Source: the human T2T-CHM13v2.0 reference genome, Homo sapiens | Direction: 5' to 3' (one strand) | Assembly: GCF_009914755.1 (NCBI RefSeq) | Contig: NC_060925.1 | DNA: 64,000 nt | In this document: one piece after another, positions 44,809-55,500 of the stretch | Layout: each line of letters begins with the position of its first letter | Numbering within the stretch: position 1 is the stretch's first letter | The notes under the pieces: model-generated | Seen by the model: only the letters and a program-made list of their open reading frames with translations | Databases searched by the model: none | Told to the model about the DNA's origin: nothing | Translations under genes and position numbers: made by a program

Positions 44809-47800
44809 CACTTAGCTAACTTTAAGGAGGACTGGTCCGTGCAGGCCATGAGGGTTGAGTACCGTGTTTGCAGTCAGGAGACTCAAAACCTGTCCCTGCC
44901 ATTCACTAGCAGCATGGCTTTGAGCTAACTGATTCACGTCTCTGAAACTCCATTTCCTGCTCTAAAAGAGGGATGATAATACCCTTCTTTAAGAGTTGTT
45001 GTCAGAGTAAGGGAGTAACCACAAAGTTAATAACATGTTGTTTTTACAATAATTATTATGGAGAAAACTGATTATTAGACATTATCCCCTGAATCCAGCT
45101 CTTTGCAGCAACTTTGTGCTTCCTCCCTTGACTTAATTTTTACAAATCTCAGAGAATTAATGCTGAAGGACTTTAAAAGGTCATCTGGACCACGGTTCCC
45201 AAAGCTGGCTGACATCAAAGTCACCTGCAGAGCTTTAAAAGGCATTTAAAGTGGAGGCCGAGGACTCCGTATTTTTAGGTGGCTTTCCTGGTGGTTTGGC
45301 TTTGTCTATAGACGTACGTTTGAGCTACCCCTGGTCTAGACCCTCTCTCTGCTATTTGCCAAGAACTCTTTTCTGCTATTTCAGGCAGGTAAAAACCCAT
45401 CCTGTGTTTACAGTTTTCACTAAGCAGGACTCCACACCTTGCTGCAGAGTTCATATAGTGTCTAATATCCTCTCACGGCTCTACTCTTCCCTTTGCATTC
45501 TCTGCTTATGTCTCCAAAGATCTTGAATGGCTTGTGATGACTGTCCTGCCAGTTTCTTTGTCTCTCAATCTGGTTACTATCATGATCATCTCCTTTGGGA
45601 GATGGGTTCTACCATTTATCTCTTCTCGTTATTCTCTGAGGCTAGAGGTTTGCTAGACTCTAACTTCAACTCTTCATTCCTTCCCCACACTTTCTCCTGT
45701 CTGGAGTTTGGGTTTATTTTTCTTCCTGCCTAACTATTCCTAATATACTAAGTCAATAAACAGATTCTCTGTGGTTACATATGGCAAACAGCTGAAATTT
45801 ACAGTTGAGAGTAAAATTTCCTCATTTGGGAAAAAAACCCATCATTTCACAGATTTAGAAAGTGGTCATTCTGATCTCCAGGGCAAATAAAAGTGTTTTA
45901 TAACCTTCCACAAAAGCTTATGCCTTGATTAAATTTTTATTATGAATTATTAATTAAACCAAGGAAATGCAGAGGCCTAAACCGTTGCTTAAATTTGCTC
46001 CAGATTGAGACACAAACCAAAGGCGGCAAGAAACCCTGAAGGGGAGGTTTAATGATGAGCAACACATATAAAACCATCCGCACGCTTTCATCTGCCAAAG
46101 GCTCCAAACCAGCCATGTAAATGAGCCCATGTGCCCAGACCCGGACAGAGGCTGGCAATGGGCCTGGAAGAAACAGGACCTCCCTGGCTTCTCTCTCCTG
46201 GGGGTCTGTGTTTGGGTTGCATGGGGCACTGTGCCATTAGAGACACAGGGGCTTATCTACCTCATGGAGCAGCTGTAGTTAGAGGGAGTAGCTGGTAGTA
46301 GAGCAGAAAAGCAGCCTGGTGTCTTGGAAGCTGAGCCAGAGGTCAGGAGAAGTGGGTCACTGCTCTCTGGATGGAGTGATTGATCCAACCAGAGCCAACC
46401 AATACAGTTGTGCAGGTTACCTGGAGCCTGGGCCCAGTGGGTGCTGACATCCAGCTCATCTCCTACTCACCACGCCTTGCTCCTTGCTGTAGAGCTGCAC
46501 CCACTATGAGGAGGGAGAACCTTTTTCTGACTTGAACAAGGGAGTCACATGGCCTTGCTTGGAGGCTGACAGTGTGCGTATGGCGTGAGTGGGAGGGATG
46601 GGGCTGCATTCTTCTTTTTCTTAGAACACAGAGGTGTTGTTTGGGCAAGTGGTAGCCTAGAACTGAACCAGTAGATACTGGGGATGCAAACCTGAACAAG
46701 ACTCTCATTCAAAGAGCTCACAGTACCTTGAGGAAGCAGACAGATATACAGAGTATTCTAACACGTGGGGACAAGGTGTACAGGACATCTCTATGGGTAC
46801 CCACCCAGATGGGACTGGACAGTGGGGAATCAGAAGCTTTCTTGGGGATGATGTCTAAATGAGTCTTGAAAAGTGGAAGGGGCTGGGATGAGGGTGTAAA
46901 GAGTGAGAAGGCACTGAAGGTAAACAGAACTGCAAGATCAAAATCATGGAGGATGAAGGAGCATGGTCCAAGAGCTCTCAGGGAAGACGTGGAGATCCTG
47001 TGGGGGCTCCCCACTTCATGTTGTTGCAGTTGAAGACATTTTCAAGTATGAGCAGTTATTCAAATATGAACTAAGCGGGTGATACCCATTCCCTTCCCCA
47101 GTGACCAAGACTGGAGGGCTTGAGAACTCCAAGTTCCCAGCATGATGCTTGGCGTTTGAATGCTACTTTCTTCCCCTTCCTCACTTCCTCCTGCCCTTTG
47201 ATTTTTAATATGAAAACATTTTAATATGAAAACATAAAATATATACATCTGTGTATCTTTCATAACATTCAAAAAAGAGCTAAAAAATGTGAAGTGAAGG
47301 GTAATAGCATGATGCTTTGGCCATGGTCGGCTCCCCATGATTTTGTGTCCCCGCTTCTGGGCTGGCTTCTTACAGCGGATTGCAGCTGTGCCCCAGCAAG
47401 AAGCTGGCCTCTCTGGATCAATCACTCCAGAAGCGCAGAGGAAAGGGGAGCTTGCCTCAGTAAGCAAAAGTCACCATTATCTGATTATCTTTAGGGATTC
47501 CCTACTATCTGGATAGCTAGTCATGACTAGAGAAGATTCTGCATGGAGACAATATATCATTTATTTGGCTTTTATTTTTACTGAATTCAGTGCTCATGGA
47601 AAGTGGCACATTGACAACGCTGCTTCCTAGCATGACATCACATAAATAAGTTTGAAGATACTGCTTAATAAGAACCCTTTAAAGATAAGAGAAATGGTAG
47701 AAAGAATTGAAGGATGCTGTTTCCTTTTTAATATCTGCCATGAATCATAGTCCAGAGAGAAGACAGCCGAGGCATGCAGGGACAAGACACTAGCACAGGG

Positions 47801-50559
47801 GTCAGGAGATGGGCATTCACAGTGGGTACAGCTCAGATCCCTGCCTTTGCTTTGGCCTGAGGCTGGGCAGACAGGGACATGGAAAGCTATGGAGCTGGTC
47901 TGAAGGGTAGGGTGGGGTGGTTAAGCCTTTGCTGGCACATGGCTTTGCAATCTTGTACACTGAATAAATCCATCAGAGCACTGCATCCACTCACCCAATT
48001 AGCCTGCACCTCATGAACACCTATCGTGAGGCCAGCACCATGGGGAAACTGAAAGAACCAGATATTCTACCACCATGGAGGAATGACCTCACCCTGGGTA
48101 GTAACTCTTCCCTTCTGCTCATCTACCCAAAGGGAAAAGAAAGTGCAAGTTTCCTAGTTTACATTGTGTTTCTTGAGGGAGAAAAGGCTCTTGGTAAAAC
48201 AATGCCTTATTCCTTTCGTTTGGAAGTTCTTTCTGCAGAATACAGCTCAACTGGGGGTCCCCAAAAGGCCCCTGAATAATTTAAAAAAAAAAAAGAGGTG
48301 GTGTCAGGCAAGGGCTTTAGGACGTAGAAGGTCACTTTTGGTTGTTGTCCTGTTGATCCAACTGCTTTACTAACTGGAGCTATTGCTCAAGCTGGAGGGT
48401 GAGGGAATGGGTGGGGCTGAGGCTGGGAGTTGCTCAGTAGTTGACCCCAAGTGATCTTGTTTGAGGAAAACTCCTGTGATCCCCCATCAGAATATTTTGA
48501 AAGTGGAAGAGTCTGCTGGCGGGAAGGGAGAAGAGTGGGAGGAGGAAATAAGCAACAGGCAGCTTCCTTTCTTGACAGATGGAAAATAAAGGGCCTGTGC
48601 ACAGCTCGGCGAACTGCTCCGTGGACCTCCCAGCGGGGCTGCTTTCTGAGGTGATGGTCTCCTCGCTCCTTAGCCAGCCTGGTGGAGCCAGCTACTGACG
48701 TTGGAAAGGAGTTGGAGGATGGAGGTTTGTGGCCGGCAAATGAGAGGTGTCGGGGAGGGAGAAGAGAAAAGCAAGCGGGCTGAGGAAAAATGTAAGGGAG
48801 GGAGATGGTTCTTCGATGAAACCTCTGGCCTCTTTTAAACCATAAAGAGGTCTGGCTGGTTTGATTCCAGTCCATAAAATGGCTCAGTAGGATCTTAGGG
48901 ATTATTTAGCTCAAACCCCTGAGAGGTGAGGAAACTGAGGCCCAGAGGTCCCACTTGCCTTTGGTCATGGGGTGAGTATGTAGCCCAGCAGGGTCCCAGC
49001 TCCTGTGAGCTGCGATTCATGGTGTTATCTTTGCTGGGGAGGCCTGAAGTTCCTTTAGCTTGTCCATGTGAAACAGAGGAAGAGCCCACAAGGAACGCAT
49101 TCATCTCAGAGTTAGGTGACCTTGGCTTTGGGATCTAGTTGCTCATTACTTCCACTTTCCTTGCCAACATCTTTCCTAAGCCTTCCAGATCAGGGCACAG
49201 TACCACTCCCTTGCTGCCAGACAGGTGGCCTGTCGTGTGGGCAGGAAGGGGAGTTCAAGGCAAGCAAGGCCCACTGTGAACCCCCTGCTAGAAGTGCTCT
49301 CCCCTTCCTTCTTTTGGAGGTGGCAGTTACTAGGCAGCATGACCCAGAGGAGGAGATAAGCTGCCTCTGATAGGAAGGTTTTATCTTTGAGGTTATTGCA
49401 AATATGCCTGACTTCTTCATCTGGTTCTGTCCGGATCTGAACTGGTAGCCAGATAAACTGTTGGCGGTCCCATTTCATGTATTTATCAAGTCTAAACAAT
49501 TGTCAGGAGGCAATTATCCCCCAGGAAGCCAATGGCAGATAAATAGTGTCCCGCAGTCTGGTTCCAGCCATGGAATCTGTAAGTTGTCCCTCCTTGCCCT
49601 GTGCAGATTTTCTCCTCTGTCCCTGCTGCCCTAAATTTTAAAGGAGGTTTGATGTTCCAACACGTTTGCTTTGGTGTTCTTTGCCCACAGCCCCAAATAA
49701 AATCTAATGGTTTTTATAGGTGGATAAATCCTTTTTAAAGGCTCTTTTGTTATCACCATGGGGTTTGTGAGCACTAAAACTGGATTTTAAGGGATCAGTG
49801 AAACCTTAGAATCACGGTTTGCTGTATCTGGAAGGAACCATGACCACTTGGTACAGACCCTTCAAGCGGTAGATGAAGAGGCCAAAGCACGAAGGGATTT
49901 GATGGCTTGTGAAGGCAACGTGCTCTTCAGAGTCGGGCAGACGTGCAGCTGAAGCTTGGTCTGGCCACTGATCTGCTGCCCGGCCTTGGGTAAACTCCTG
50001 GAGCCCCTATTTCCTTATTGATTACATGGAGATACCAATCCAGACTGCACAGTATTGTGAGAGGTAGTAAAACTGTTTCCCTCTGGTCGAGGTCAAACAG
50101 ACAACTGGGGGGCAGAGCTAATGCCAGAACCTTAGTATCCTGGCTCCCAGGTCTTTATCCTTTCCATTATTCTGCAGGAGGTCTTCAGGCTACTGTTAAA
50201 TAAAAAGTAAAGCTTCTACTTCGTTCCACCCAAAATTCTAGTTCAGTGTTTCCCAGACAGAGCACCTCCAGCGGGTCTGAGGCTCAGTTCTATGTGGAGA
50301 CTCATGTTTATACGATGACAGCATCTATATTTTTTCTGGATGAACTAATAATCGACTGGCCATTGTATTTAGGAAAAACCAGACATCACCTCATGGACGT
50401 CTCATTGAAGGGGACCGTCAGTTATTCCATTCATTCTGGCAAATTTTCTTTTTAGCTTTGGTTGCAGCAGGAAGAGAGAGACGTCTGGGGGGCTTTTTGC
50501 CTGGTGGAAGGGCATCACTCGTCCACAGCTGGAGCCCCTGGGATGACCCATCCCAAGGT

Positions 50560-51610
50560 CCCAGCCTAAGTCTGAGGTTCCAGGGCTGGTCGCAGGCCGT
50601 CCTTGCAGCCCTCGCCAGAGCGTTGTCTGCACCTCCGACACTAGGTGGCGCCATAGGAACATCCTCGCGGCCCGAGGCGCGGTCGCAGCCGGGGAGCACT
50701 CGCCACGGTGCTGTGGAATTCTCTGGTTTTTCACGCAAGGTCAGGCGTCCTGCTGGCGCCCTCTCGCCACCCTGCCCTCCCGTCAGAAGCCCGGCTCCTC
50801 GCCGGGGAAGGCCGGATGCTGGCCCGCCGGGACCTGGGACTTGTGCCACATGGAGTGTCGGGAGTCTCCATTGCCGCGAGTTCTACACCACAGGGCCAGG
50901 CTGTTTGCTCCCCATCGGTCGCTGCCCCCAGCACCCTGTTGTTATTAAGGACTCATTTGCTTGGAGCGGCATCATTACAAGGGTGTGGGGTACTACATAT
51001 ACTCCCTATTTTTCTATTTTCGAAAGGCTGCAGGCGCGATGCACAGTGCGCTTGCACGGTGGGGCCTAGTGCTAGCCCGAGGAGCGGACGGGGGCCGGGC
51101 AGGGGCGGTGGGCGCCGGCCTCGTCTCGGTGCTGCTCGGTCAGGCTGTCCCGGCGCGGCGGCCTCGGGAGGCCCTGCCGTCCTTCACCCCTGGAGGCGGG
51201 CTGGGGGGCGGGTGCGGGGCGCTTCCCCTCCTCAGGGCCCTCAAACCGCAAGGGGGTTTCCGCTTCCCAGTCGATGGTCGTCCTCTCCCATCCCCGGCTG
51301 CATCTCCATTTACCCGTCGCCCATTTCCTTTGCCCATCCAGGCTCCTTGGCTCCACTGGGGTCTCCGTTCCCTTCTCCCGGTCCCCCCTCCAGGTCGCGG
51401 CTCCTTTGTCCAGGACTACGCAGGGGCTTGACCCCAGGGCGCTGGTTTAGGCCGGATCTGGGGTCCCTTGTCACTCCCAGGCTTCTTCCACTTCCGAATT
51501 CTGGAGAACCGGGAATCAAGCCCTGCGCGTTCCTCTTCTTCCTCCTTCGTGCCGAAAGCACGCTTCATGTCTGCCAGGGCATCAGTTCTGAAAGTGAGCG
51601 GAGAACAAGG
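50560..51610. promoter_or_regulatory. CpG island / promoter
   Basis: Sharp rise in GC and CpG density; GC box GGGGCGG at 51102-51108; G-quadruplex motifs at 51090-51112 and 51198-51219. Confidence 0.9.
50635..50653 (+). promoter_or_regulatory. CTCF motif
   Basis: CCGACACTAGGTGGCGCCA is a near-consensus CTCF core at the 5' edge of the CpG island. Confidence 0.7.
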
Positions 51611-51839
51611 AGTTTCTTTTTCTTCCCCAGAAGTTGCCTTTTGTAAGGACTATGTCTGCGCCAGGGCTTGATACATGTTGCTACTCCTGGGAGTGTGAGA
51701 CTGGGAAGCTGATGGAAATGTCAGCATTAGCTTTAATGGTGAGGCCAAAGGGAGGATGGACCCAGCATCAAGCCTGGGTAGAGGAGAACGGGAGAGGGAG
51801 GACCAGAACCAGGGGCCGCCTGTTCACTGCCTTGAGGTG

Positions 51840-52036
51840 TCTGAATCCTGCCTTTGCTGTTTGTGAGCTCTAGCACTATGGGTAAGTTGGTTAACTTTTT
51901 GAGCCTCAGTTTCCTGTTCTGTCAAGTGGGAATACAACTTCCTAGCTCACAGAGTTGTGGTGAGGATTATGAACTATTATGCATCTACAGTGTCCTCCTG
52001 GCAAGTGAAAAGGCTCAGTAAAGGGTAACTGTTATC
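51840..52036 (+). mobile_element. MIR
   Basis: tgagcctcagtttcctg...ctcacagagttgtggtgaggatta. Confidence 0.7.
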
Positions 52037-52223
52037 ATGGTCCAGTCTAAACTTCCGTGCTAGCCCTTCACCAAATTGATCTTACAGAAATCAAAAGGTT
52101 CCTGCTTTTCCCACCTTGTTTGGAATTAGAAAAAACTTCCCCTGCACTATTAGTGTTTTATAGGCCTCTTCTCTCCAAGACAGAAAGGAGGAGAGGGTAA
52201 CGGGGCTTATTTTCTTCTCCCAG

Positions 52224-52448
52224 GACTCTTGAAGAAGGATTCAGGATGTGGCTGTGCCGCTGGGGATAAACGGTGTAACACTGGGGCAGGTCAGTTTCCT
52301 TGTTGGTACGATGGGACTCTTACACAGGCCCCTTCCTTTCCAGCACCAGATACTGCTACACCATCTCATCGGCATGGACCTATATGTGGCAGCAAGTCCA
52401 TCTCATCGCTTTTGGTGAAAGTCAGTCCAGTTTGTAAAGATTCTCATT
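52224..52448 (+). other. Predicted internal exon (66-nt form to 52289 or 225-nt form to 52448)
   Basis: Acceptor ttattttcttctcccag|GA; donors CAG|gtcagt and ATT|gtgagt. Confidence 0.6.
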
Positions 52449-52504
52449 GTGAGTATGGCTAAACCATCCCTTTGACTAAAAACCAAACCAGATACTCCTT
52501 TACC

Positions 52505-52562
52505 TATCAATACCTCCTGCTGCTAAAAAGCAGCAGCTAAAAAGCAGCAGGAGGTATTGATA
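52505..52562. repeat. Perfect 20-bp inverted repeat with an 18-nt spacer
   Basis: tatcaatacctcctgctgct (52505-52524) pairs with agcagcaggaggtattgata (52543-52562). Confidence 0.95.
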
Positions 52563-55500
52563 AGGGAAGTCCTATCTAAATTCCTGGTTTAGAGAATGAC
52601 TATCCTCATTTTATGAGTTAAACATTACCCCCAATTAACACCTCTGAAAAACCCTCCCAACATGTTTATCTCATTAATATCACGGGGTTGGCAGGTCACT
52701 GTAGACGAGGAACTGGGACACCAAAAGGAGAAACTCTGGCCACACTTGCACCCTGTTCCCAATCCTGGTCCAGTGTCACCCACAGATGGTAAGGAGCTCT
52801 AGAGACCTCACCAGCCCCTGGGATTGGTCACCTCACTCTTCTATGGACAGAGATTCCTGCTGGGATCCTTTGAGGGCAAGCAGACCCTTCTTCCAGCTCG
52901 GACTGTGAACTCCACTGCAGCCGTAAGGACTGTCTGTGACAGTGAGCCCGAGATGACTGGGCTCTGTGCTCCCTCCCGGCCCTCCAATCCTTGGCCTGCC
53001 ACAGAGAACTGAGCTCTTTTATTAGCACCATGAATGTGACTGATACAGCTAGCCATTCCCTTGTGCGAATGACTCAGTTTATTAATGCTCTGCTAAAGAT
53101 GGCTTCTTTGCTTGCCAGCAGCCTTAAACAGTATTTCATTAAAACTGGCTTAATTATTTTGAGAAGACGGCCCAATTAAAAGCTATACACTCCCTCTATG
53201 TGAGTGTTTATACATAGAGCTGTATATATAATACATATTTGTAAGTGTGTGTATATATATATGTGTATGTATGTGTCTATAAATATATAGGCTTAGCAAT
53301 TTCATTACATGGGATAAATTGTTGGAAAAAATACCCAGGAGCTGGTCCCCTTTCTGTTGCTAGATTCAGAGTAGAGGCCACCCCTCCACTCTGGGAGAGG
53401 CTGGTGTTGGTGATCTCTCAATGACTCTGCAATGGAAGTCCCAACTGCACAGAGCCCTGCCCCAGTTTCAGGAGCCAGCAGCCTCGGGAGAGGCGGATCC
53501 TGACCTCTGCTCTGCTCTTGGGATAGCCTTTCCCTTCCCAGCAGGGTTGAGATACTTGGGCCGGGAAATGTTGTGGCAAAGTGTTTGCCAAAGCTCAGGA
53601 GAGACACAGACTTGGGGCTTTTGTTTCTTGAGCTGGCTGTCTAGCTTTCCTAATGAGCAAATATGTTCTCTTTAAGGAAACAAACAAACAAAGCAAAAAC
53701 ACCAATTCATCTGGATTTTATTCATTTGTTTTAAATACAAACAAACAAAAGGAGAGTGGTTATTTCTGCACCAACTATTTCAAATGCAAGTTACTCCATC
53801 GCTCGGGGTGGTTGGATGGTGCTTGTCACCATAGGACCCACAGGGCTAGTTCCAACTGTTATTCGGTAAGGCTTTTTTCTTTCCAAAATTCCCAGTGTTC
53901 CTTTAAGGCCCATTTAGCTGCGGGTTTTGTTTATTCTCCCGGCAATCAGCATTTAAAATAAGACAAACAAGCATTTTTTCCTGGGCTGTGAATCCCCCCG
54001 GCCAGCCTCCACCTGCACACCTGAAGCCAGCATGTCCAATCAAATTTCTCTGTAACCCATATCCCCTTTAGAGACTTGCCCCCGTCGTATACCAGGCTGG
54101 AAATAGAGAACTTAAGCAGGGCAAATGTAATTTTAAGAATTGCTAATGATGCTAGAAATCTGCAATGCAATTAGCGTCATTGGATTTGGCGCTCCTCCGA
54201 AGGCACAAAACTCCTTGTCATAGCGCAGTGGCAGCAGCGGCAAGTGCCTCCGCATGTGCCGGGCTGTCCGGGTATGCTGGCAGCCGCTTTGCACTGAGAT
54301 GTGAGCAGTTGGTTAGGCTTCCTCTCTTTCTTTCTCACAGATACTGACTTCTTTGTCTCTTTTCTGGGTTGCAGAGGGATGGGTATTTTCCATTGATTAT
54401 TACTTTAGCATTTGACCCTCCAGTGGAGTCACCCTGTTTTTTTTTTAGAAAACTGAGACTCTCACTTTGTGAATTCACTGTGCTCTCTGGGATTTCAGTG
54501 CTGTAGTTCAACCACCAACCCCCCTGTCCTGAACTCCAGTACTTCTGATGCTATTAATTGGTTCCTCAACAATTGTGGCCTTTTCCATCATTGCCCACCA
54601 TAGTATATACTTTTTCTTTCTCTCTCTTTTTTCTAATTTCCTTGTCTTCTTCACTCTCCATGGAGCCAGAGGTAGTATGAAGAGTTAAAAATAGGAATAT
54701 AAAGAAAGCCAGAGGGACAGAGGGAGTGAGAAAGAAAAATTTTAAAAAGGGAGGAAATGAATTATTGGATTAAAAATAAACTTTTACTTTTTTGCAGAAA
54801 AATTATTTTTGCTCTCTGGGAAAATAACATGGGCCAGGCATAAAAAGCATGTCAGCTGGCTAAAAGATTGCAAAATCCAGAAGATGATCTCGATGTGTCT
54901 GTTCAATTTAGCAAGGGTATCTACTAGGGGATCCTCTTTTAAATATGGAGGCCCAAATCAGAAGCTTGTAGAGGGGAGCTATTCTTCCAAGATTCCAGAT
55001 GTGTCTGTGAGACAACACGTTATGGGGCAAATTGATTTCACCCTTGGGAAACCAGGGAGATTTTCAAAGTTATGTCTGCAAAGCCAGCTAATGCAATTCC
55101 CCATTAGTGCATTAAAGTGCGCCCTTATTAATTCAAACATAAAGGCAACAAAATAAGCTTTTAAATTTAAAATATAATACATATATAATGAGCATGTGTG
55201 AAAGCCTTATTCAAATGAAAATACAGGAGTGTTTGAACTACTGAGGTATCTTTTGTATTGAATTATGAGCATATGTAATAGATTTAATTATTAATTTCCC
55301 CATTGTTCTATGCACACAGACAGGGTTCAAGGCACAGTCATTCTCTGGCTTTCATAGATCTAATTTGTATAATTATTGCCTGAATAAAAAATTGCTCCAA
55401 TTCCTAGCTCTCTTTCTTTCTTTCCCCCTTCTAAATACTATTTCAATGCTGCATTCCAAAAGGGGAACACCTGCCACTTCTTCAAAGTCAGCTGATCATT

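Larger units (their letters stand above)
48450..55410 (+). ncRNA. LINC01140: Probable LINC01140 (LOC339524) 5' exons and short isoforms; boundaries approximate, longer isoforms may extend beyond
   Basis: Recalled gene order downstream of HS2ST1. In the sequence: CpG island, donor AAG|gtcagg at 50739, acceptor tttcttctcccag| at 52223, donors at 52289 and 52448, and poly(A) signals ATTAAA at 53138 and AATAAA at 55383. Confidence 0.6.

Noticed and set aside
50753-50770. Second, reverse CTCF-like motif (GGCGAGAGGGCGCC)
   Set aside because: The 5' half deviates from consensus, and such matches are common in GC-rich DNA.
50418-51561. Overlapping 143-, 156- and 203-aa ORFs on both strands
   Set aside because: Expected from stop-codon depletion in a CpG island; non-ATG starts and no domains.
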